64,000 bases of DNA from Macrostomum lignano (lineage: Eukaryota). The stretch is taken from NCBI GenBank assembly GCA_002269645.1, contig NIVC01000041.1, positions 434,001 through 498,000 on the forward strand, in the 5' to 3' direction. The number at the start of each line of letters is the position of its first letter. The stretch's first letter is position 1. Below, one piece after another: positions 35,916 to 48,589 of the stretch. The position numbers and the translations under genes were made by a program. The notes below the pieces were generated by a model. That model saw nothing but the letters and a program-made list of their open reading frames with translations, did no database searches and was not told where the DNA came from.

Positions 35916-38900
35916 CTAGTCGTCAAACATAGAGTAGTATTTCTGTCCAACAGCGGCGTAATTTGCCTTCTCCTCCGGGTTCATCTGCTGCACCATCTGC
36001 TCGGTCACCTCGTCGTATGGTATCCTCTTGCCTTGGAAGGTCACCGATAGATCGTCATCGTCGCTATCGTCATCTCCGTCGTCATCGTCATCCTCGTCGT
36101 CGTCTTCGGAATCGTCGGAGACGTCGGCGCGGAATCGTTTAGCCGCCGAGGGACCAGCGCTGGCGGCAGCGCCGGCATCAACTATAGCGACATCCGAATC
36201 CGACGTGGACGGCGAGGTCGACGAATTCGCCCGATTATCGTCGTCGTCTTCGTCGTCCTCATCGTCGCTTGATTTGGCCGGTTTCTTCTTTTTCTTTGAC
36301 TTTGCTGAAGCCGCAGCCTGTTGCTGCTGTTGTTGCTGCTTTTGCTGCTGTTCTTGAAGCTTCTTTTGGCGCACCTCGTTCTGTATGAGCAGGTCTTGAA
36401 TCTCCACTTTGCGCGCCGAGTCCAGCCCAGAGCCGCCAGCCGACGCCGTGCCGCCACCACCGCCGCCGCCGTCCAATGAGAACCGACTATTTGAATCCTC
36501 GTCTAAAGCGATGGTGCTACCCAGCATCCACTGCGGAACCTCTTTGACGCCGGTTTTGCCGGCGGACTCGTCTCCGCCAGTGGACATGTCCACGGTGATC
36601 GTAGCAGATGAGCCGCCGCCGCCGCCAAGCAGCGAAGCGGAAGACGAGGAGCCGGCAAGATCTGGTCGGTCGCCCGCGGCGCCGGGAGGGCCGCCTCCGC
36701 TGGCCAATTCTGTCAGGGGCGGCTCCAGCAGGCTGGGCCCAAATCGGAAACGCTCGATCTCTTTTAATAAGGCGTCTAATGGGTCGCGCACCTGTGAATT
36801 AGCCAGGTTTTGAAATAGGGGCGCAAGTTATTGATAGCGCGTACATTTGGACAGGCTAGGATGGATCAATGGGGTGTACATTGGGACAGGCTGGGGTGGA
36901 TCAATGGGGTGTACATTTGGACAGGCTAGGATGGATCAATGGGGTGTACATTGGGACAGGCTGGGGTGGATCAATGGGGTGTACATTTGGACAGGCTAGG
37001 ATGGATCAATGGGTGTACATTGGGACAGGCTGGGGTGGATCAATGGGGTGTACATTTGGACAGGCTAGGATGGATCAATGGGGTGTACATTGGGACAGGC
37101 TAGGGTGGATCAATGGGGTGTACATTGGGACAGGCTAGGGTGGATCAATGGGGTGTACATTGGGACAGGCTAGGGTGGATCAATGGGGTGTACATTGGAG
37201 CAGGCTAGGGTGGATCAATGGGGTGTACATTTGGGCAGGCTGGGGTGGATCAATGGGGTGTACATTGGAGCAGGCTAGGGTGGATCAATGGGGTGTACAT
37301 TTGGGCAGGCTGGGGTGGATCAATGGGGTGTACATTGGGACAGGCTGGGGTGGATCAATGGGGTGTACATTTGGGCAGGCTGGGGTGGATCAATGGGGTG
37401 TATATTGGGACAGGCTGGGGTGGATCAATGGGGTGTACATTGGGACAGGCTGGGGTGGATCAATGGGGTGTACATTGGGACAGGCTGGGGTGGATCAATG
37501 GGGTGTACATTGGGACAGGCTGGGGTGGATCAATGGGGTGTACATTGGGACAGGCTGGGGTGGATCAATGGGGTGTACATTGGGACAGGCTGGGGTGGAT
37601 CAATGGGGTGTACATTGGGACAGGCTGGGGTGGATCAATGGGGTGTACATTGGGACAGGCTGGGGTGGATCAATGGGGTGTACATTGGGACAGGCTGGGG
37701 TGGATCAATGGGGTGTACATTGGGGCAGGCTAGGTGGATCGATAGTGTCAATTGGGCCAGGCTGGGGGTAGATCGATATAGTGTACATTGAAGCAGTCTG
37801 GAGGTGGATCGATAGATTGAACATTGGAGCAGGTTTGACCTAATTGAAAAATTGAAATCGAGTTCAGCTGGCATCAGATAAACTTTAAAATCAAATATAA
37901 TACCAACATCTCTCCCTACTCTTTGCTCTTACACTGCTGAGCGCTTCTGATCCAACAGAAGTTGCAGAAGTCTGCAGACTCCATTTTTACAGATTACCTT
38001 ACCTTTGATACGCTCGTACTTCAAATGCAATATGAATCACAAAAGCAAAATCTATTTAAAAAAAAAACAATAAAATTTTGTTCGCACCTGTTCGTGAAAC
38101 CGAGCCATATTAAGGCGCAAGTCTTGCCTAGTTGCCATATTCTCTTCTTCGACCACTTCGGCGTTACAGAAGGAGCACTTCAATTCGCCTGTGCTAAAGT
38201 CCATTAGTTCGTTCACCTGTGTAGAAAGATGAGTTTGTTCAAATTATAAGTCACTGAAATAAAAGATAACAAAAACAGTTTCAATGCTCACCTCCAAATC
38301 TGTGAACGTCTTTGCGCAGGCGGTACAGTGAAAAGCCGCTCTGGCCGTGAATTCCCTCTGTTCGCGTTCCAGCCTGTGCTGCATTGTGTCCAGTTTGTAC
38401 TTGACAACGTTAACAAAGACTTCGTAATTAATGTAGAAATAATCGTATTTGCTAACGCGACCGTCTGCGCTAGTCTCCATTCGCTTCTTGCTGCGAATCA
38501 GCTGGTCCTTCAATTCGGGAATTTTCATATCGATTTAAAACGGGTTCGATTGAAGGACTGGATAAAGACCACTGGATGGACAAAGACCGAGTGAAAAACC
38601 CAGTAGAAAGGAAAATGAAGAAGCAAAAAACACCGACTGAAGTTGCGGACAAAGACCAACGGAATGATACAGAAAAGGACAAACTGAAAAATCTGACTAA
38701 GACCGACTGAAACAGTGGACAAAGACTAAAACAGTGGACAAAAGACTGACCGAAACAGTAGACAAAAACCGACTGAAACAGTGGACAAAGACCGACTGAA
38801 ACAGTAGACAAAGACCGACTGAAACAGTAGACAAAGACCGACTGAAACAATAGACAAAGACCGACTGAAACAGTAGACAAAGACCGACTGAAACAGTAGA

Positions 38901-39642
38901 CAAAGACCGACTGAAACAGTAGACAAAAACCGACTGAAACAGTAGACAAAAACCGACTGAAACAGTAGACAAAGACCGACTGAAACAGTAGACAAAGACC
39001 GACTGAAACAGTGGACAAAGACCGACTGAAACAGTAGACAAAGACCGACTGAAACAGTAGACAAAGACCGACTGAAACAATAGACAAAGACCGACTGAAA
39101 CAGTAGACAAAGACCGACTGAAACAGTAGACAAAGACCGACTGAAACAGTAGACAAAAACCGACTGAAACAGTAGACAAAGACCGACTGAAACAGTAGAC
39201 AAAAACCGACTGAAACAGTAGACAAAGACCGACTGAAACAGTAGACAAAGACCGACTGAAACAGTAGACAAAGACCGACTGAAACAGTAGACAAAGACCG
39301 ACTGAAACAGTAGACAAAGACCGACTGAAACAGTAGACAAAGACCGACTGAAACAGTGGACAAAGACTGACTGAAAGACACACAGAAACAATTTAAATGA
39401 TAAAAGCACACCTGTTTAAGAGCTACAAGCAACTGCCTAAGCTGTTTCATATCCAATCGAAACAATTGCGCCATATCTTCTTCTTTAACAATAGTCCGCT
39501 TGCACAGATAGTCAACAATAACAGCCTGTTCGCCAGTATAGAACGCCCTGGCCACCATTCTAACTAAACGGGTTAGAGGCACTGGCGGACTGTCTACCAG
39601 CTGCCTGCCAGACTGCATGGCTTGGTCCGATGCTGACTGCAT
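35916..39642 (-). CDS. GTF2E1: General transcription factor IIE subunit alpha, about 483 aa, 4 exons
   Basis: Exons 39642-39412, 38507-38292, 38216-38088, 36791-35916 (all phase 0, 1452 nt). LVRMVARAFY, YFYINYEVFVNVVKYKLD, zinc ribbon CTAC...CSFC, KEVPQWM, acidic C-terminus ending YYSMFDD. Confidence 0.92.
36842..37790. repeat. 35-bp minisatellite in GTF2E1 intron 3
   Basis: GGGTGTACATTGGGACAGGCTGGGGTGGATCAATG. Confidence 0.95.
38700..39375. repeat. 23-bp minisatellite in GTF2E1 intron 1
   Basis: GACCGACTGAAACAGTAGACAAA. Confidence 0.95.
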
Positions 39643-39822
39643 TTGCTGGTACTGGCAGTTGATGTCATTAACAGATTGTAAATATATGAATAGTAGTAAT
39701 TCTTCTACAAATTATATTCTAAAAAGCCTTGACGATAAAACCTAAGACCCACTAGAGGTTCCTAATGAGAACTCCTAATAACTCCTAATGAGAACTTTCT
39801 TAATAAAATAACTAAGAATCTG

Positions 39823-40198
39823 TTTAAGGCTCATAACGAGACCCTTCAACTATTCTCATTGAGGCTCATAACGAGACCCTTCAACTATTCTCATTGAGGC
39901 TCATAACGAGACCCTTCAACTATTCTCATTGAGGCTCATAACGAGACCCTTCAACTATTCTCATTGAGGCTCATAACGAGACCCTTCAACTATTCTCATT
40001 GAGGCTCATAACGAGACCCTTCAACTATTCTCATTGAGGCTCATAACGAGACCCTTCAACTATTCTCATTGAGGCTCATAACGAGACCCTTCAACTATTC
40101 TCATTGAGGCTCATAACGAGACCCTTCAACTATTCTCATTGAGGCTCATAACGAGACCCTTCAACTATTCTCATTGAGGCTCATAACGAGACCCTTCA
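39823..40198. repeat. Near-perfect 35-bp minisatellite, about 10 copies
   Basis: GAGGCTCATAACGAGACCCTTCAACTATTCTCATT. Confidence 0.95.
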
Positions 40199-40904
40199 AT
40201 TAATCAGTTTTTAAGCTACTGGCAAAGGCCTAGTTAATCGTAGGGGCCAATTAACTGATTATTAAAAATCTACAAACAAAACTGAGAAAACCCCAAGAAA
40301 CCAAGCAAGAAAAAGTATTTTGATGCCAATATTAAAGCAAGAAAATATATATTTGATCTCAAAGGTCATCATCGCGTCGATGTAAGAATTCGATCAATAT
40401 ACATTAAATAATAAACCAAGGTATAATTTGATTCTTGAGTAAAACAAGCAAACCATATACATTATTATATTTCATAAATATAAATGGTTCGCATACGTTT
40501 GCATGGCGGTTATTTCAAAACTCAAGGACAAAAGAAATTACACACATAGTGTAGAAAAAAGAAAACACTCGCAATGAGCGATAAAGCAGAAATTAAAAGG
40601 TGCAATGCAATAAATATACTTGTGGATCAGGTACAATTCAAGCAGATGCAGAAATACAGGCCCGTATAAACAATACATGTATATATTTAAAACTAAGCAG
40701 CAGCATAGATTAGATATAGTACACCACATCTTAGCTGGCATTCTCCCTACTCTACTACAAGTAGCAAAATAATATTTTCGTAGTTCTCTAAGCAACTATT
40801 TTCATTTGTAATTATATATTTTAATGCAACAGGTGAACGGATACAAAAGCTTGGGAGGGAAAAGTAGTAAACAGAATGCAGACAAAGCTTGCATATATAG
40901 CAGG

Positions 40905-41390
40905 TTTGGTTGATGGATGTACATTGTGAGTGGAGTGACGTTAGTCGGAGGATGTACATTGGAAGTGAAGTGAGGTTGGACGATGGATGCACATTGTAAG
41001 TGGAGTAAGGTTGGTCGATTGATGTACATTGGGATTGGAGTGAGGTTGGTCGATGGATGTACATTAGGATTGGAGTGAGGTTGGTAGATGGATGTACATT
41101 AGGATTGGAGTGAGGTTGGTAGATGGATGTACATAGGGAATGGGGTGAGGTTGGTGAATGGATGTACATAGGGAATGCGGTGAGGTTGGTGGATGGATGT
41201 ACATAGGGAATGGGGTGAGGTTGGTGGATGGATGTACATAGGGAGTGGAGCGAGGTTGGTGGATAAATGTACATAGGGAGTGGGGTGAGGTTGGTGGATG
41301 GATGTACATAGGGAGTGGAGCGAGGTTGGTTGTGTATGGATGTACATTGGGAGTGGAGTGAGGTTGGTCAACGGATAATACATTGGGAGC
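40905..41390. repeat. Degenerate 35-bp minisatellite
   Basis: GGATGTACATAGGGAGTGGAGTGAGGTTGGTGGAT. Confidence 0.9.
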
Positions 41391-42599
41391 AAGTTCATTT
41401 CGATTGGGTAGCAATTGCTTTGTTAATCTGGTCTTAAAGTAAGAGTCATAAAGGTCATAAAGTAAGATTCTTAAAAATAATTTGATCAGAAATTCAAGAT
41501 CCGTTTAAATACTTCTTTTAATACGACAAGCATTAAAATTACAAATACTTTACTCATGGTTGCCAATCTACTATGAAAAAACATTGTTTTTGAACAAAAT
41601 CTGCAAAAGCTACTTTAAGTAGTGTTTAAGAACAAAAGAAGGCTGACCGATTATGACAGTAAACTGATAGTAAAAGACATAACACAAACCATAACACGAT
41701 AAATAAATAGCAGAATATTAGTACGCATATTAATTGGATAGCCTTAAAGGTTAAATTCGCTCAATGATTAGAATGCACGCGATGCGTGGAAAGACTTACC
41801 TTATTCAGGTAGTAGATAATGTGTTTATGATGTGGGCATAACTAGTATATGATAATAGATTCAACATTTTTAAACATGCTTTTAATTATTTAAAAATTCA
41901 AAACGATTCTCATAGTGAAACAAAAAGCACAAAGCAAAGGAAATATGACAGATATTTTACTTTCAGCATTATAATAAGATTTACGCATGCTAATCTAACT
42001 GAGCTCATCTGGCTACTTATATTTAAGTAATATATGCGCATAAATAAACCTTATCATAGAGTGCAGCAGTGCAGTTAAGAAGAAAAATATTTAAGTAAAC
42101 ACATTCGAAATACAAGTTTAGAAATTCATTCAAGACACTTACTTGAATATCGAGACATGCTTTATAAGCGACTGACCAAAACTATTATCACAATTCACAA
42201 ATAGTAAAACTATTGAAAAATATAGTTGCGTTACTTTATTCGATGTAAAAGTTCACGTTGTTTAATCTAGAATGGAATATTTTAATGAGAAACTATAGAT
42301 TGTGTGGAATATGACAATGATAACCTCGCCTTTAATGGCGTCAGGGCCAGAAAAGCAATGCTATTATTATAGGCATTGTACCATAGACATTTAATGCCGG
42401 AGTTATTCTACCATTGCGACATTCGGTGTGAGGCTGGAATGGGGATTGCGACCATAGACTAATTAATTCTTGAATGAATCAAATTAGGCCAATAACTTAT
42501 ACATTCATGTATCGTTTAATTGTAAAGTGTCGCAATCGTCTATGGTAACTGACAGTCTGTCTCTTATTAGGACATCTTTGGAAGAATTCAGAGTTGATT

Positions 42600-43430
42600 C
42601 TGGGGGATGTGAGGGCGATTCTGGGGGGTGAGGGCGATTCTGGGGGGGTGAGGGCGATTCTGGGGGGGTGAGGGCGATTCTAGGGGGGGGGTGAGGGCGA
42701 TTCTAGGGGGTGAGGGCGATTCTGGGGGGGTGAGGGCGATTCTGGGGGATGTGAGGGCGATTCTGGGGGATTCGAGGGCGATTCTGGGGGGGGTGAGGGC
42801 GATTCTGGGGGGGGTGAGGGCGATTCTGGGGGGGGGTGAGGGCGATTCTGGGGGGGGGGGGAGGGCGATTCAGGGGGGGTGAGGGAGATTCTGGGGGATG
42901 TGAGGGCGATTCTGGGGGATTCGAGGGCGATTCTGGGGGTGAGGGCGATTCTGGGGGATTTGAGGGCGATTCTGGGGGATGTGAGGGCGATTCTGGGGGA
43001 TTCGAGGGCGATTCTGGGGGATAAGAGGGCGATATTCTGGGGGTGAGGGCGATTCTGGGGAATTCGAGGGCGATTCTGAGGGATTCGAGGGCGATTCTGG
43101 GGGATAAGAGGGCGATATTCTGGGGGTGAGGGCGATTCTGGGGAATTCGAGGGCGATTCTGAGGGATTCGAGGGCGATTCTGGGAGGGGGGGGGTTGAGG
43201 GCGATTCTGGGAAGGGGGGGTTGAGGGCGATTCTGGGAAGGGGTGGGGGTGAGGGCGATTCTGGGAAGGGGTGGGGGTGAGGGCGATTCTGGGAAGGGGT
43301 GGGGGTGAGGGCGATTCTGGGAAGGGGTGGGGGTGAGGGCGATTCTGGGGAATTCGAGGGCGAATCTGAGGGCTTCGAGGGCGATTCTGGGAGCTTCGAG
43401 GGTAATTCTGGGGGATTCAAGGGCGATTCT
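42600..43430. repeat. About 21-bp G-rich minisatellite
   Basis: GAGGGCGATTCTGGGGG(GT) units. Confidence 0.9.
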
Positions 43431-43665
43431 TTCAATCAAGGCGAGAGATTCAATATTGTTGTGAGATATGAGGACTAATATTTTGAGAAATTTTGCATTT
43501 CTCGACACTCGCACCATTGCAAAGCACTTCAAATAAAATGAACCGAGTTGCAGCCCTAAAAAACGAATGACAATACATGACAGACTAGAGGGCAAAGCTA
43601 AGGAAAAAAGATCAAGCGGGGCGGTCCGAAGCCTATAGGCATGCATATTGCTTGGACGCTGGCAT

Positions 43666-44367
43666 TCAGACAGGCGGAGAAGCGGGTGCTGGCGAGGACG
43701 CCGTTGCAGCGCCGCCGCTGCCACCACCAGCACCAGTCGCAGAGTCGGCCTCCGGAATCGGGCATAGCAACAACACCCGACGCCCATTCCGATCGCTAGG
43801 AGGAGTCAACCGACGCTGAGCTGGCGGTGTTTTTGTCTTCTTCTGCAACAGAAGCAGCTGTTGCTGTTGCGCTTGAGTCGACGGCATTTCCGGCGGTATT
43901 TCCGGCACTTCCGGGACGCTGTCAAGCAGGCCAAGTGCTGGAAGACTCAACCGACGAAGTCGCTGTTGTTCAATCGGCTGCTGGTTCTGTTTACGACGCC
44001 GCTGTTGCAGCGACGGAGAAGAAACTGAAACAGAAGAAGCAGAAGCAGCAACATCGGCGGAAGAAGAAGACGAAGACATTGAAGAAACGGAAGCCGACTC
44101 GTCAATTGACGGCAATAGTCGACAGAGCTCGCCGCCGCAAAGCGTTCTCCTGCGAGTGTCGCGAGAGTCGCCCTTCCGATGTCTGACACTGCGCAGCACA
44201 ACAGGCTGGGGCAGCGCTGGCTCTGGCCAAGCCTCCTGACAGTTAATGCTAGATGCCAGCGCCTTACCACTATTACTATTAGTAGCAGAGTTATTATAGA
44301 TGCCTAATAGGATTGCTGGCGATCCGGAGTGGCTGCTGGCTGCTTTAAACTTGGCGCCGGCCATCAT
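43666..44367 (-). CDS. Hypothetical low-complexity protein, 233 aa
   Basis: GC-rich island with composition like the neighbouring host exons, good ATG context, no recognisable domain. Confidence 0.45.
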   Translation of the reverse strand: MMAGAKFKAASSHSGSPAILLGIYNNSATNSNSGKALASSINCQEAWPEPALPQPVVLRSVRHRKGDSRDTRRRTLCGGELCRLLPSIDESASVSSMSSSSSSADVAASASSVSVSSPSLQQRRRKQNQQPIEQQRLRRLSLPALGLLDSVPEVPEIPPEMPSTQAQQQQLLLLQKKTKTPPAQRRLTPPSDRNGRRVLLLCPIPEADSATGAGGGSGGAATASSPAPASPPV

Positions 44368-47300
44368 GCCGCCGCACTGTCTGACAGCTGGCTGTAAGAG
44401 ATAAGCAAAGCCAAGAGAGGGCCGTTAGAAAGTATGCGGGCTTTATGCGAAAATATGCTTTCTAGATGGCGAGGCATTATAGAATTTAAATGAAGCCATA
44501 GTTGCTTCCGCCGGTTACCCATATCTAGAGTCTTGAACAGAGTATATTTTGCATAATAGAATTGTTCATATCATATTGATATAGTAAATATGCCTTTTAA
44601 GTAACCTCTAAATTGGCTAAAATGGTTAACAATGCTTTCCATACTAAGATTGGCCATTTCTTAGCTGACTTAAATTCAGTTCTACCTTTCACCCTCAAGA
44701 TAGGCATTGTCTATAAATTGCATTGCTCTGTTTATTGCAGCATATCTACATACGGAAAACCAAGCAATACCAAGACACAAGGGCAAGAAAGCATTGGCTC
44801 AAAGGTTTTACAATCAAAGACCACTTGTTAGACTTTTGCATGGCATGTGATGACACAAATCCAATATAGTTATTTACAAACAAGTTTAAACAAAGAACTA
44901 TTGAAGATTTGTAAAAACAAATTGCACAAGTCTCTATAGTTAGAATGTACAGCTTGCAAGTAGTAAGATAGAGTACTAATATTTCTGTGAGTAGTCACTG
45001 AAGGTGACTTCTCTTCATTTTGTTTATTTAGGGATCATTTAATTTAATTCCACTATACAGACTCATCCTTTGGACTAATGTACTTATTCATTCTTTATCT
45101 CATATATTTTGTAGATTTTTTGAAATATATATGCCCTACAGATATTAGTATAACAAAGACACAATTTGTGTTGACATTTACCTGTCCTTACATATATAGT
45201 TATACTTATATATATATATATTATTTACTTATATAATTATATAGATAATACCTACATACTTCACACTAGTGAAATATTTTAAAATATATATATATATTAT
45301 TGTTCTTCTGGTCTCTCACTTCTATGGCTCTATGTCTATTTCGAATATCAATGTGAGAGCCAAATAACTGAGCCGGCAGATTCAACTGACTTTTCCTGAT
45401 AATGCAAACACTTGATGGTAACTTACAGACTGTTGTATTTGATGGTCACAAGCTCGAGATGTTATCTTACAAAATATAATGTCTAAGATGGAATTCCAAA
45501 TAAGAAGCTTGTTTTGTTTGAGTTCCAAGGGGTTTCTAAGTTTTCAGGTGAACTGAAGGTTCAGTCTATTGTGGAATGTGAGTTGGTTGTTGTTTTGGTT
45601 TTAGTGAGTCAATATATCAGTTTTAGTATTTGGGTTAGGACCCTAACTGTGTCAATCAAAAGTAGTCAGAGGAGGTAAGCTAGAATGGCAAGGGAGGAAA
45701 AGAGAGGTGGAAGAGAAGGCAAGGCCAGGCGAGCTTCTTGCTTGGTTAACATGGGTTTTTATAGTACTTTTCAGTCTTGATTGCATTGGATGGTACATAG
45801 CTGCTTTTCATTGGTTGAGGTTGGGATCGTGTCCTCAGCTTTTGCTAGTTGGAGTGCATTCATTGGTTAGAATACATTCAATCTGAATGGGAACTTTATA
45901 GAGCCAAAATGTGTCACTTCACTAATATATATACATAAGTGCTAAAATTATACTAGTGGCCACATGAATAATTATACAATTAATTTAGTTTTAAATGAAA
46001 ATGCAACTTAGTTTTACAAATTACCTAAAAACAAAATAAAAATCTTAAATCCATTATCAGACTTTGGCTAAAATCATCTAGAATAGTCTAAGTTATTAAT
46101 CTTCTTCTTAAGTTTATATAAGCAATGTGACAGTAATTAGTTATGGCAAAAATAACTTTGGCCTAGTTGGCTCTAAATATGACCTAATAAAGTCATACCA
46201 TACACAATTAGGCCATGATATTCTATTGGATATATAAAAGAACAAAGGAAAAAAGCCACATTGACAAAGACTTTCTCTAAGGGCTGCATTCCTTTGATTA
46301 GCACTCCTTGTCTTTCTGAAGGTTATCTTCCAGTTAATACTCTTCCTAGTCCTGAAATCCATTCAATTGTATTGAATGATATATACATCATTTGAAATGC
46401 TTAAAAGTTTGGAATTAGACTAATTTGACAAACAAATTAACAATTCAACACTTTTACTTGAACTGGAACTCAAAACAAAGTATATCCAACAAATTGGACT
46501 ACAATTGAAAATTATTTCTTATACTTATACTTTCTCTAGATAAAATACTAATAGTGCAATCTGTAATACAATGCAAAAAATTATACATGTTGTCTTTGAA
46601 TGACAAGTTACAATAATAACATAAACTTGGTCTTCTCATAAGAAAAAGTCATGCTTTTGGAAAAGCTATTCTTTTTGCAAGATTGAGGAATGCATGTATT
46701 ACAATTGTAAATTATTAAATATATTGAAAATAAATTTTACATAAATAATTTATGATTGACCTATCAGTTCTGCAGGAAAGATTTGTCAAAGAATATTCAT
46801 ATACATTTTGCTTGATCTCATTAAAGAGCAGTTCCTGGATCTGATTTGAATTGTGTTGTCTTCTACAAGATAATTGGAACTACTTGTCTATTTAGCTATA
46901 TTCTGAATTGAAATCTACTGGCATTCCTTTACATTGATGCTATGGGCTCAATAATTAATCCAATTTATACATCTGGACAACTCATATTATATAGAATTAT
47001 AACCATAGCAACCAGTGCAACAAATCTAGTTCTAGTAAAACTATTGTTTCTTACTAATTCATATTCTTTGGCTTCCATTTTCTATTCACTAAAATTTTTT
47101 ATCATGGGTTGCTCAAAGTAAAATCAAATTCGCATTGGCATTTAGATCTTCCTATTGTTTTTATTATTGATTTTTATGGGCTAACATATATTAATTTGCA
47201 CTTTAATTACTTTGAAAAAGTAAAAGAGCCCTGTTTGCAAAATGGTATTTTTCTCAGTGCAAATCATTTGATTAAATCATTAAATAAGCAAGCAAAGTGA

Positions 47301-48589
47301 TTGAAAGTTTGTGATTAGACAAGGATAGTCTTTATAAAACTTTATTAAAAGGCTGAGGCTTTGATATAGCTCATAGCAAATATCCTTGTCAAAAATGTCA
47401 ACATCTCCTAATGAAGCTAGGCAAAAAATTGATTGATGTATAGGAAGGAAAATCAACTATCCTTTTCTTCCTTCTTGATCAATCTGATTGAAGCCTAGAT
47501 TGATGAAGCAATGAAACAAACTAATAAAAAGGTAAAGATTCAACAACAGAAAAAATTGAAAACAGAGTATTATTAAACAGTTCTCTATTTTATGACAATT
47601 TTAAACAGTTATTTGATAGTACTTTAGCTTATGAGAACTTATCCTATGAAGTCAGTTATCTTTTTTATTTTCTTGTGATAATGGAAATATTATTTGTCTG
47701 CTACTTGTCCCTGCTACCACTTTGGGCTTTGTTTTTTTTAGACTACAGCATCATTAGTCAGCAGTACAAATGCAAAATCCTGTTATTCTAATGCATGTAT
47801 AGAGAGTTGGTTTGGAATAGTAAAAAGCAAGGGCCATACTAGTTTGATATTCTTGAATTTTTTTGTTCCTATATTATATTCTCTAGAAAAAAGTGGATAA
47901 AGCTTTCATATTCCTTAGAGTTCCTCAACCTAAATTTATAACAAAGTAAACTGGCACAACAATAATAGAGAATTGTGCAATAGAAAGATGGAGGAAAAAG
48001 AAATAATATAGCAGGGGATATGTCAACAACATCTACGCAAAAAATCCTATATACTAAAAATGAGTTGCTTGTTTGTACGCAATCGATTAGAGAAAAAATG
48101 GCTGGACCGATTTTCTTCGAACTTGCACTGTTCGATCAGAAATTTTCCTGTGACGGTACATGCATCTTGGCTAAGAAATTGCTCCATTTTAAAGTGATTA
48201 AATATTCGAAAAACATGCTTTTTTGCAAAGGTCAAGCAAACTTTTCGACTTGAAATGCATTGTAAGAATGCTAGAGAAAAAACTGACTGGTTGAATTCTG
48301 ATTCTGAAATAGATTGCATCATAACTGAATTGTAACTCCGACTTGAATTGCGTCACAGTATTGAAAATGCAGCGTGGAAGCGTAGCACCAGACTTGATTT
48401 AGATTGCGTAACCATATTGTTAACTGATACTGACTGACTGAGAAATTGATTATGTCATAACTGCCTCGTGTGATTTACTCTATGCTTGGAGTAAACAGAC
48501 TGAACTGCTAAATGCAGGGACGATGGTTCGAATTTTGAAAGAGTGGAGTTTTTTAATTAAAGCTTTTTAACGCCAAGAAAACTAAAAAA

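Noticed and set aside
39823-40198. CRISPR-like 35-bp repeats (also other 30-36 bp arrays and the 54620-55200 motif array)
   Set aside because: The tandem arrays have no spacers, the 54.6-kb motif is short and degenerate, there are no cas genes, and the context is eukaryotic.
40200-42600. Isolated consensus donors on the minus strand (about 41795 and 42138) suggesting an AT-rich gene
   Set aside because: Could not assemble an open multi-exon model or recognise a domain.
46100-48330. Possible decayed coding sequence in the AT-rich region
   Set aside because: Frequent stops in all frames and no identifiable motif.
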